A stretch of DNA of 64,000 nucleotides, taken from contig JAFYGK010000012.1 of assembly GCA_017543285.1 (NCBI GenBank), forward strand, positions 1-64,000, written 5' to 3'. Every line of letters begins with the position of its first letter. The first letter of the stretch is position 1. Both the position numbers and the translations under genes were made by a program. This stretch comes from Clostridia bacterium (GTDB taxonomy: Bacteria; Bacillota; Clostridia; Oscillospirales; Acutalibacteraceae). The notes below the pieces were generated by a model. It had not been told where the DNA came from, did not search any database, and saw nothing but the letters and a program-made list of their open reading frames with translations. Shown in pieces: positions 8,843-17,153 of this stretch.

Positions 8843-9922
8843 TTAAAGCAGCCAGAACAGATAGGACAGAGCAAAAACGGCAGCGCCGACGATTGAGGCT
8901 AGACCGAGGAACCATTTCCAGTAGGCTCCCTTGTCGGTCGGCAGATCGCCTACGAATTTTCCTGTCTGGCCGTTCATGGCGAAGGTATATTTCTGTCCGT
9001 TCCATGTTGTGTTCAGCAGCCACACCGGATAGAGGGCATAGCTTGCTCTGGCGTTGTTTAGAGAGATCATGCTCTGCTGTGGCATAACGGCGTTATAGCC
9101 CTGCACAGTCTGGGCAAAGACCTGCTCGGTGGTGCGCTTTATTCTTTCATTGGCGCGCTCGATGCTTTGTTCGGCCGTCACGTCATATTTGTCGGCGAGA
9201 TAGCCTGCCAGATATGCCGTTTGAAAATCGACCGCCTCACTGAAATTATACGGCTCGAGCGATTCCATAAGGGTATCGTCCATTTTTGAAGAGCCGTCCA
9301 CCGGCACGCGCTCAAATCCGAGGGTTCCCCCTCTGATTATATCGTAGAAGTTTGTTTCGGTATAGCTGAATTTACCGTCTGTCCATGTGCGGATCTTAGT
9401 TCCTTTGTAGAACATTCGGGCGTTGGCCTCGGCGGTAAACAGCCAGAACGGGACATATATGCCCTTTATTTCGTCGATGTGGTTTTGATCCCTGAATATT
9501 TTGGGCAGAAGACGTTTGCCTTGCATGTGCTGCATGAGGCCCTTTTTTGCGGCTTCCTTGTCCAGCTTGAAGGGGATTATATAATCGGGCTTCAGCGTGC
9601 CGGAAAACTGCCCCATCATAACGATTGGATTGCCGCAGTAAGGGCATGACGTTGCCGCGAGGCTCTGGTCGCCTATTATTTCGCCGCCGCACGATTTGCA
9701 GACATAGACCCTCATGCCCTCGGTTTCACCCTCCTGCCATTCGGCGCCGGAGGTGTCCCACTGCATATTGTCGCCCTGGGGGGCATCGAGAGCCTCGTCG
9801 AGCTTTTCCAGCTCGCTCATTTCATACTGCGACTCGCAGAAGGGGCATTTCATCTTCTGCAGCCCGCTGTCGAATTCCAGAGCGCCGCCGCAGCTCGGGC
9901 ATTTGTATTCCTGCAATGCCAT
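8843..9922 (-). CDS. Double zinc-ribbon protein with C-terminal TM helix
   Basis: Two CPxCG...CPxC(E/G) ribbon pairs near the N-terminus, a ~200 aa unknown domain, and a C-terminal TM helix (WFLGLASIVGAAVFALSYLFWLL). Confidence 0.6.
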   Translation of the reverse strand: MALQEYKCPSCGGALEFDSGLQKMKCPFCESQYEMSELEKLDEALDAPQGDNMQWDTSGAEWQEGETEGMRVYVCKSCGGEIIGDQSLAATSCPYCGNPIVMMGQFSGTLKPDYIIPFKLDKEAAKKGLMQHMQGKRLLPKIFRDQNHIDEIKGIYVPFWLFTAEANARMFYKGTKIRTWTDGKFSYTETNFYDIIRGGTLGFERVPVDGSSKMDDTLMESLEPYNFSEAVDFQTAYLAGYLADKYDVTAEQSIERANERIKRTTEQVFAQTVQGYNAVMPQQSMISLNNARASYALYPVWLLNTTWNGQKYTFAMNGQTGKFVGDLPTDKGAYWKWFLGLASIVGAAVFALSYLFWLL

Positions 9923-10013
9923 TGTTTTTTATCAGCTCCTTTTCTTGGAGGGGATGGTGGGCTTAAGGAAAAAGGTCGGGCTTGAAGCCGTCGAGCCGCC
10001 GAAGGCGGCTTTT

Positions 10014-11150
10014 TCAGCTTCTCGGTGTTCCGCAGCTCTGGCAGAACTTTGTGTTGTTCACGGCGCCGCAGCTCGGACAGGTCCACGGACCGTCCTGCTG
10101 GACGGGAGAGGTAAACTGCTGCTGACCGGGAGTCTGCTGATACTGCTGCTGAAACCCCTGAGGCTGATTGAATCCGCCGCCCTGATTGAAGCCCTGTTGG
10201 GGATAGCCCTGGTTAAAGCCCTGCTGCTGACCGGGGGCTTGCTGATACTGCTGCTGAAACCCCTGAGGCTGATTGAATCCGCCGCCCTGATTGAAGCCCT
10301 GTTGGGGATAGCCCTGGTTAAAGCCCTGCTGCTGACCGGGGGCTTGCTGATACTGCTGCTGGAAGCCCTGCTGAGGGTAGCCCTGATTCATGTTCACAGG
10401 CTGGCCGTAATTTTGCTGGAAGCCCTGTTGGGGATAGCCCTGATTCATGTTTACAGGCTGAGAGAAGCCCATTGCGCCCTGCTGAAAGCCGGGCTGATTA
10501 AAACCGGGCTGCTGAAAGCCGGGCTGATAGCCGAAGCTCTGTTGTACGCCGCAGGCGCCGGGCATAAGAGCGGCCCTGATGGTCTCGCCCTGTCTTTGCA
10601 GTTCTGAATAGAGAAAGTCGTACTGGCTCTTCGGACGGTTGGAAAAGCTGCTCAGCTCAAACTTTATTTCATTGAACCACGGCGAATTTACATAGATCAC
10701 CGTTTCAAACTCGTAGCTGTATTCATAACGTCTGGGATTGAAGCTGGTATTTTTGCCGTCGGGAGATTTGTAGAATATCTCGGTTTTATGTTCCTCTATC
10801 CTGGTCTCGCATCCTGTGACCTGAGAAATATCAATGATATCGGGGTTCTTTTTGCGCCAGTCGGATGAGGAAGACACGATGAATTTCCCCTGCTGCTGGT
10901 CGATATAAACCTTCGTAGAATTGCCGAGGGTCATGGTCGGATGAAAAGAATTAAGGTTTTGCTCGTTTTGTTCTCTGTAGGCCAGCTGCTGTTTAATCTC
11001 CTCAAGCGTAGACCTTTTTCTGTCGCTGAAAAAAGGCGACAGCTTGCCTGCACAGTTTTTGCAGATATTGCCGTCCTCCAGCTTGCGGTTGCCGAGAAGT
11101 CCGATTTTTTCTCCGCATATATCGCAGAATTTTTTCTCAAATAAAGCCAT
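10014..11150 (-). CDS. DUF4428-like zinc-ribbon protein with Q/G/F/N-rich prion-like repeat domain and C-terminal zinc ribbon
   Basis: N-terminal CDICGEK...CKNC, a ~150 aa Q/N/G/F/Y low-complexity region made of tandem repeats, and a C-terminal WTCPSCGAVNNTKFCQSCG. Confidence 0.6.
   Translation of the reverse strand: MALFEKKFCDICGEKIGLLGNRKLEDGNICKNCAGKLSPFFSDRKRSTLEEIKQQLAYREQNEQNLNSFHPTMTLGNSTKVYIDQQQGKFIVSSSSDWRKKNPDIIDISQVTGCETRIEEHKTEIFYKSPDGKNTSFNPRRYEYSYEFETVIYVNSPWFNEIKFELSSFSNRPKSQYDFLYSELQRQGETIRAALMPGACGVQQSFGYQPGFQQPGFNQPGFQQGAMGFSQPVNMNQGYPQQGFQQNYGQPVNMNQGYPQQGFQQQYQQAPGQQQGFNQGYPQQGFNQGGGFNQPQGFQQQYQQAPGQQQGFNQGYPQQGFNQGGGFNQPQGFQQQYQQTPGQQQFTSPVQQDGPWTCPSCGAVNNTKFCQSCGTPRS
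10145..10470. repeat. In-frame tandem repeats (102 nt x2 plus partial, and a further ~42 nt x2) encoding the Q/G/F/N-rich domain
   Basis: The 34 aa unit QQYQQAPGQQQGFNQGYPQQGFNQGGGFNQPQGF occurs twice exactly at the nucleotide level. QPVNMNQGYPQQGFQQ also occurs twice. Confidence 0.6.
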
Positions 11151-11241
11151 GGTTTTTCTCCTTTGATCGGGGTCTGCATTTTAAAAAGCCTTATGCCGCA
11201 ATCGGCCGGCATTAAAATGCCGGCCGAAAGCTGATTGCCTG

Positions 11242-12591
11242 TTATTTCCGAATATCGTTGTCGTCGAATATATCGCCGCACTCGGGGCAGAATTTGGGAG
11301 GATTCTTGGGGTCTGCGGGCTCCCATCCGCATTTGTCGCACTTATAGAGAGGCGCTCCTGCGGGTTTCGGAGATCCGCACTCGGGGCAGAATTTGCCCTT
11401 GTTGACGGCGCCGCACTTTGTGCATGTCCAGCCTGCCGGGTCTGCCGGCTTGGGCGATCCGCAGTCGGGGCAGAATTTGCCTGTTGCCGTCGCGCCGCAC
11501 TTTGCGCATGTCCAGCCGTTTGCTGCCGGAGCCGCCGGAGCCGCCGGAGCCGTCTGCTGCTGCGCCGCCTGCTGAGCCTGCTGCTGCTGACCGATCGCGA
11601 ACAGATTCTGAGTGTTCATTCCGCCTGCGTTCATAGCCATACCCATACCCATGAAGCCGGCCATCGCGCCGCCTGTGTTGGAAGCCGCGGCGCCCATTGC
11701 GTCGGCCTGAGCTCCGGCGATTGTTGCAGCCGCCATTGTCGGATCTTTGAGCATTGCCGCGCGCTGTGCCTTCTTGATAAGCTCGGCGTCCTCCTCGGGC
11801 AGCGTGACCGAGCCGAGAGCGACCGATACGACCTTCAGGCCTCTTGTCTCTCCCCATTTCTGGGAAAGAGCTTCATTCATGGCGTTTTCAAGGTCGGTAT
11901 TGTGGGAAACTATCTGATTGGGACGCAGCTCAAGATCGGACAGCTTGCCGAATGCCGGCTGCAGAGCGCTGATAAATTCCGTCTTGAGCTGGCCGTCGAG
12001 GGTTTCTCTGCGGTATTCCTCGGTGACGTTGCCGCATACGTTTGTGTAGAAAAGAAGCGGATCGGCTATCCTGTAGGAATAGACGCCGGAGCAGCGAATG
12101 GATACGTCTATGTCAAGACCTATCTTGGAGTCGACGACTCTGAAGGGAACGGGATTTGCCGTGCCGAATTTGTTGTCAAGCAGCTCCTTGGTGTTGAAAT
12201 AGTAAACGCGCTGGTCCTTTCCGGTGTCGCCGCCGTATGTAAAGCGCTTGCCGATGAGCTTGAAGGTCTCCTTGATGCTTTGACCGAGATTGCCTGTGAA
12301 GATACTGGGCTCGGTCGAGCTGTTCCAGGTAAACTGTCCGGGCTCGGCACAGACCTCGACGATCTTGCCCTGCTCGACGATGATCATGCACTGACCGTCG
12401 GCAACGGCGATGCCGGAACCGTTGGAGATGATGTTGTCGTTGCCCTTTGTGTTGGAGGAACGACCGGTGATCTGCTTTTTGCCCCTGACCATCATTACGT
12501 CGTTGGGGATTGCTTCGCAATAGAAAAATTCCTTCCACTGGTCGGCGAGAACACCGCCGACGGCGCCTAAGCCGGCTTTAATAAGTCCCAT
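11242..12591 (-). CDS. SPFH/band-7 domain protein with three C-terminal zinc ribbons (COG4260-like)
   Basis: SPFH-like N-terminal domain, an A/Q/M-rich linker, then WTCAKCG...CPDCG, WTCTKCG...CPECG and CDKCG...CPECG. Start at the ATG 8 nt downstream of RBS aaaggag. Confidence 0.65.
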   Translation of the reverse strand: MGLIKAGLGAVGGVLADQWKEFFYCEAIPNDVMMVRGKKQITGRSSNTKGNDNIISNGSGIAVADGQCMIIVEQGKIVEVCAEPGQFTWNSSTEPSIFTGNLGQSIKETFKLIGKRFTYGGDTGKDQRVYYFNTKELLDNKFGTANPVPFRVVDSKIGLDIDVSIRCSGVYSYRIADPLLFYTNVCGNVTEEYRRETLDGQLKTEFISALQPAFGKLSDLELRPNQIVSHNTDLENAMNEALSQKWGETRGLKVVSVALGSVTLPEEDAELIKKAQRAAMLKDPTMAAATIAGAQADAMGAAASNTGGAMAGFMGMGMAMNAGGMNTQNLFAIGQQQQAQQAAQQQTAPAAPAAPAANGWTCAKCGATATGKFCPDCGSPKPADPAGWTCTKCGAVNKGKFCPECGSPKPAGAPLYKCDKCGWEPADPKNPPKFCPECGDIFDDNDIRK

Positions 12592-12659
12592 AAAATTTTC
12601 TCCTTTCAAGGGAATGATTTTGTTTTGGAAATATATTTTACAGAGCTGTTCCTCTGTTT

Positions 12660-12941
12660 TTAACTGTCTTTATCATCCTTCGGAGCCTTGTAGGAATAAG
12701 GGTTTTTGTTTGGCCTTTCCGGATCGACGGAGTAATAGCTCATGCCGTAATTCAGGATAAGAGTCACGATTATTATCATTACCGCCCAAAGCGAGATCGC
12801 CCCGACAAACCACCATATGCTGATTTTGAGCCAGAAATGCAGAATCAGCAAAAGAGCGGGAACCGTAAGCCACTGCCAGTTGATGAACATATTGAGCAGC
12901 ACTCCGGTTAAAAAGCCGACGGTTCTTTTTGGGGTTTTCAT
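12660..12941 (-). CDS. Small hypothetical membrane protein (2 TM)
   Basis: 93 aa with two hydrophobic helices. It lies 50 nt upstream of the SPFH gene on the same strand. Confidence 0.4.
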   Translation of the reverse strand: MKTPKRTVGFLTGVLLNMFINWQWLTVPALLLILHFWLKISIWWFVGAISLWAVMIIIVTLILNYGMSYYSVDPERPNKNPYSYKAPKDDKDS

Positions 12942-13157
12942 ATCAGTCTCCGGTTAGATTTTATCTATTTATCATTATATATTAATTAAATAAAAAAATC
13001 ACTACCCCTGAATAAAAATTTTACAATTTTTTCGGATTTTTTCAATTATTATCTCAAAAAAACAGGAGCAATCTGCAATCGCGTCAAAACACATCGCATA
13101 TCTTTCACCGTGATCGGAACAATCTCCCTCTCCGGGCAAATAAACCCGGCCGAAATA

Positions 13158-13186
13158 TTGTTTTGCCATCCGATAAATGGTATAAT
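13158..13186 (+). promoter_or_regulatory. Sigma-A promoter (TTGTTT-N17-TGnTATAAT) for the flavodiiron gene
   Basis: An extended -10 (tggTATAAT) at 13178-13186 and a -35 TTGTTT at 13158-13163. A strong RBS aagaggagg sits before the ATG at 13221. Confidence 0.5.
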
Positions 13187-13220
13187 AATCCTATACTTCA
13201 CGAAAAAGAGGAGGAAGCAT

Positions 13221-15011
13221 ATGTTTATATCCAACGACGTCAAATACATCGGCGTGAACGATCACGACATAGACCTTTTTGAGGGGCAGTATGTCGTTGA
13301 AAACGGAATGGCCTATAATTCCTACGCCGTTATTGATGAAAAGACCGCCGTAATGGATACGGTGGACGCACGCTTTACCCACGAATGGCTGGATAACATC
13401 TCCGATGCTCTCGGGGGCAGAAAGCCCGACTATCTTGTGGTTCAGCACATGGAGCCGGATCATTCGGCAAACATCGCCAACTTTATGCAGACCTATCCCG
13501 AGGCAAGGATAGTCTCCAGCGCAAAAGCGTTTGCCATGATGAAGCAGTTTTTCGGCACCGATTTTGCCGACCGTCAGATAGTCGTCGGAGAGGGCGACAC
13601 GCTGAATCTGGGAAAACACACGCTGACCTTTGTCACCGCCCCCATGGTGCACTGGCCGGAGGTCATCGTAACATATGACGACGTCGACGGGATCCTGTTC
13701 TCGGCAGACGGCTTCGGCAAGTTCGGCGCGCTGGATGTTGAGGAGGACTGGGCATGCGAAGCCAGACGCTATTACATAGGCATTGTCGGCAAATACGGCG
13801 CTCAGGTGCAGGCGCTTTTGAAAAAAGCGGCGAACCTTGATATCCGGATCATCTGCCCGCTTCACGGTCCCGTTCTCTCGGAGGATCTCGGCTACTATCT
13901 CGGCCTTTACAATACATGGTCGAGCTATTCGGTAGAGACCGAGGGCATCGTCATCTGCTACACCTCGGTTTACGGCAACACAAAGAAGGCCGTCGAGCTG
14001 CTGGCGCAAAAACTGCGCGACAAGGGCTGCCCCAAGGTCGCCGTCAATGATCTGGCGCGCGAGGATATGGCTGAGTGTGTCGAGGACGCCTTCCGTTACG
14101 GCAAAATCGTGCTGGCGACCACAACGTACAACGCCGAAATATTCCCCTTCATGCGCGAATTCATAAATCATCTTGTTGAACGCGGCTACAAAAACCGCAC
14201 TGTCGGCCTGATAGAAAACGGCTCGTGGGCTCCGCTGGCTGCAAAGACCATGAAGAAGCTGCTGGAGCCCTGCAAAAACATCACCTACACCGACACGACC
14301 GTCAGGATAATGTCCGCCATGAACGACGACAACAAGGCGCAGATCGAAGCTCTCGCCGATGAGCTTTGCAGGGATTACATCGCCCAGAGCAGCGACAAGG
14401 CCGACAAGCACGATCTGACGGCTTTGTTCAACATCGGATACGGCCTTTATGTCGTCACCTCCAACGACGGCAAAAAGGACAACGGACTGATCGTGAATAC
14501 GGTAACGCAGGTAACTAATACTCCGAACAGGGTTGCCGTCACGATAAACAAGCAGAACTATTCTCATCACATCATCAGGCAGACCGGAATAATGAACGTA
14601 AACTGCCTGTCCACCGACGCGCCGTTTTCCGTATTTGAGAATTTCGGCTTCCAGAGCGGCAGAGTTGCCGATAAATTTGTCGGAATCGAAAAGCTGCGCT
14701 CGGACAACGGACTTGTATTTTTGCCCAGATACATCAATTCCTTCATGTCGCTCAAGGTGGAGCAGTATATCGACCTGGATACCCACGGCATGTTCATCTG
14801 TGAAATAACCGAAGCGCGGGTCATTTCCGACAGGGAGACAATGACCTACACATACTATCAGAACAATGTCAAGCCCAAGCCGCAGACCGAGGGCAAAAAG
14901 GGTTGGGTCTGCAAGGTTTGCGGATATGTCTATGAGGGCGACGAGCTGCCCGAGGACTTCATCTGCCCGCTGTGCAAGCATGGCGTCGCGGATTTTGAAC
15001 CGATAGAATAA
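13221..15011 (+). CDS. Multidomain flavodiiron protein (FprA-like): metallo-beta-lactamase/flavodoxin core + flavin reductase domain + C-terminal rubredoxin
   Basis: Diiron-site motifs (HMEPDHS), a flavodoxin-like segment, a flavin-reductase-like domain, and a C-terminal rubredoxin (CKVCGYVYEG...CPLCKHG). Start set by the promoter and RBS rather than the longer ORF. Confidence 0.85.
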   Translation: MFISNDVKYIGVNDHDIDLFEGQYVVENGMAYNSYAVIDEKTAVMDTVDARFTHEWLDNISDALGGRKPDYLVVQHMEPDHSANIANFMQTYPEARIVSSAKAFAMMKQFFGTDFADRQIVVGEGDTLNLGKHTLTFVTAPMVHWPEVIVTYDDVDGILFSADGFGKFGALDVEEDWACEARRYYIGIVGKYGAQVQALLKKAANLDIRIICPLHGPVLSEDLGYYLGLYNTWSSYSVETEGIVICYTSVYGNTKKAVELLAQKLRDKGCPKVAVNDLAREDMAECVEDAFRYGKIVLATTTYNAEIFPFMREFINHLVERGYKNRTVGLIENGSWAPLAAKTMKKLLEPCKNITYTDTTVRIMSAMNDDNKAQIEALADELCRDYIAQSSDKADKHDLTALFNIGYGLYVVTSNDGKKDNGLIVNTVTQVTNTPNRVAVTINKQNYSHHIIRQTGIMNVNCLSTDAPFSVFENFGFQSGRVADKFVGIEKLRSDNGLVFLPRYINSFMSLKVEQYIDLDTHGMFICEITEARVISDRETMTYTYYQNNVKPKPQTEGKKGWVCKVCGYVYEGDELPEDFICPLCKHGVADFEPIE

Positions 15012-15084
15012 AAAGCATGGAAACCCGCGCTGAGAGCGCGAAAAGAATCTGCCTGCGGCAGCTGGTTTCGGAATATTGAGATAT

Positions 15085-15114
15085 TAAAACGCCCGGTCTG
15101 TGACCGGGCGTTTT
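15085..15114. terminator. Bidirectional Rho-independent terminator between the FDP gene and nrdR
   Basis: aaaacgcccggtc-tgtg-accgggcgtttt. Confidence 0.65.
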
Positions 15115-15129
15115 AATGAATCGGGAGAT

Positions 15130-15585
15130 TTATTTTTCCTGAAGGAGCTTATTAAGCTCGTCCATGAAGGTATTTATATCTTTAAACTGTCTGTAGACCG
15201 AAGCAAAGCGCACATACGCCACCTCGTCAAGCGTGCGAAGCTGTTCCATAACAAGCTCGCCTATCTGCATGGAGGTTATCTCGCCTTCAAGAGAATTCTG
15301 AAGCTGGGCCTCTATGGCGTCGACCGCAGATTCTAATTTTTCCAGCGGGACCGGACGTTTTTCGCAGGCTCTCAGCATTCCGTTGAGCAGTTTCTGCCTG
15401 TCAAAAAGCTCTCTGGACTTGTCTTTCTTGACGATGATGATGGGTACGCTTTCCACCATTTCATATGTGGTGAAGCGCTTCTGGCAGTTGAGACACTCGC
15501 GTCTGCGTCTGATCTTGGTATCCTCATCGGTCGGTCTGGAATCTATTACCTTGCTCTCCCTGAAGGAGCAAAAGGGACATTTCAT
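15130..15585 (-). CDS. nrdR: Transcriptional repressor NrdR
   Basis: MKCPFCS zinc ribbon plus an ATP-cone. Full-length match to the NrdR family. Confidence 0.9.
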   Translation of the reverse strand: MKCPFCSFRESKVIDSRPTDEDTKIRRRRECLNCQKRFTTYEMVESVPIIIVKKDKSRELFDRQKLLNGMLRACEKRPVPLEKLESAVDAIEAQLQNSLEGEITSMQIGELVMEQLRTLDEVAYVRFASVYRQFKDINTFMDELNKLLQEK

Positions 15586-15758
15586 CGGCGTACTCCTTTT
15601 TCTGCCGCAAAAGCAGAAGCACAAGAAAATAAATACATTCGGGTTACAGACAATATAATATCACAAGCCGTTGGGTTATGCAAGCGATTATCATAAAAAA
15701 ATCTCAATTTTACGCAATATATAGTAATTGCAGAGCTTTGCGCCACATGACGTTGTGT

Positions 15759-16532
15759 TTAACCGATAAACTGCTCCAGGTAGTCGGCGCTCTGCCTGAG
15801 CTGACGCTCTTCGGTGAAGTTTTTGCTGTAGACCTCAAGGATCCAGCTTCCGGCAAAGCCGAAGGCGTCCAGCCTTTTCCTTATTTCGGAGTAATCGGTC
15901 CTGCCGAGCCCGGGGAGCAGGCAGGAATTACGCCCGTCGTTGTCGTTTACGTGAAAATGCACTATGTTTTCACCCATCGCGTCCAGCATATCAAACGGAT
16001 CGACTCCCGCTCTTACGCACTGCTTTATATCGAGGGTGAATTTTACGTCGCCGAGATATTCCCGCATCCTTCCGATAAATCCCGGATCATGCGAGCGGAA
16101 CGCGTTGACATTCTCCTGCGTGAGTATCGCGCCGTTTTCGCGGCAGAGCAGATCAAGCTCGTGAAATCGTTCATAGTATGCTTCATCGGGAAGAACGCAG
16201 CTTTTGTCGCCGTGCATGACGATATATTTCGCTCCCAAAAAGGCGGCGGCGTGCGAATAGCGCCTGTAAAGCTCCCTGCCCTCGTCCAGCCTTCGCGGGT
16301 AATCGGTAAAAACGATCATGCTTTCAAACGCGGCGGTGTAGGGATGCACCGACACGACCTTTGCGCCGTATTCGTCGAGCATGGCTTTTATCCCGCGCAG
16401 AAAGGGCGGCTGCATTTCGTAGCTGCAGTTGAAAAAGATTTCAAATTTACGAAAGCCGAGCCCGAGCAGGGTCCTGAGGGAGTTTTCTGTTATTGCGGGG
16501 TAGAGGCAGGCGGTTGATATGCCGATGTTCAT
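15759..16532 (-). CDS. Sugar phosphate isomerase/epimerase (xylose isomerase-like TIM barrel)
   Basis: 257 aa with AP-endonuclease-2/xylose-isomerase-like TIM-barrel signatures (VVSVHPY, MHGD, HFHVNDNDG). Confidence 0.7.
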   Translation of the reverse strand: MNIGISTACLYPAITENSLRTLLGLGFRKFEIFFNCSYEMQPPFLRGIKAMLDEYGAKVVSVHPYTAAFESMIVFTDYPRRLDEGRELYRRYSHAAAFLGAKYIVMHGDKSCVLPDEAYYERFHELDLLCRENGAILTQENVNAFRSHDPGFIGRMREYLGDVKFTLDIKQCVRAGVDPFDMLDAMGENIVHFHVNDNDGRNSCLLPGLGRTDYSEIRKRLDAFGFAGSWILEVYSKNFTEERQLRQSADYLEQFIG

Positions 16533-16660
16533 GATTTTTTCCTTTCGTAGCCGCCGCGGGAATTTACGGCAAAAGAGGAAAACATTTGCCGTTGATATGC
16601 ATTGGCGTCGCGTGTTAAGATAATGACGGATGTATCAGTATTGACAGGGGGTGAATCCGT

Positions 16661-16925
16661 TATGAAAAAGAGGATAAGAGCGGTTTGGACGGGAATGTCC
16701 GGGATATCCGATATATCGCTGCGTATTCTGGCGATTTCGGCTGCGTTCATTTCAGCTTTAATCGCGATGTCGTACATATTCAGACTGTATTATTCTGTCC
16801 ACGGAGGGCTTGCCGAACGTATGACCGATATTGCGGGACTGCTTGATATTACCCCTGCGCTTGCGTTTGTGGCGGTGCTTTCGGCCGCGGTGTTCGATCT
16901 GGCGGAAAGGAAAGCGGGAGGATGA
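16661..16925 (+). CDS. Small hypothetical membrane protein
   Basis: Short ORF with two hydrophobic segments. Weak coding evidence. Confidence 0.25.
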
Positions 16926-17153
16926 AGAATCCGAGCCGCTGGGTTATCTCTTGCGGAGCGTTGTCGGCTCCTCCGGATATAATGCCGGTTTCGACGCCTT
17001 CCTCAGACAGGGAGGCGTTTTTGCGCGAGATCACGGCTTCCCGCCAAGAGGAATCTGCCGGAGCGCCAGACCGAAGGCAATAACGGCTGAGACAGAGCCG
17101 GTAAGTTTTTTCCGCAATATCCGGACCATGCTCGGGCGGCTCTTCGGTACGCA

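Noticed and set aside
13110-13220. Longer N-terminal extension of the flavodiiron ORF starting at 13110
   Set aside because: A sigma-A promoter (13158-13186) and a strong RBS (aagaggagg) sit inside the extension. The conserved FDP N-terminus begins at the ATG at 13221.
13191-14981. 596 aa minus-strand ORF antisense to the flavodiiron gene
   Set aside because: It mirrors a strongly supported plus-strand CDS and has no domain content. This is a typical GC-rich antisense shadow ORF.
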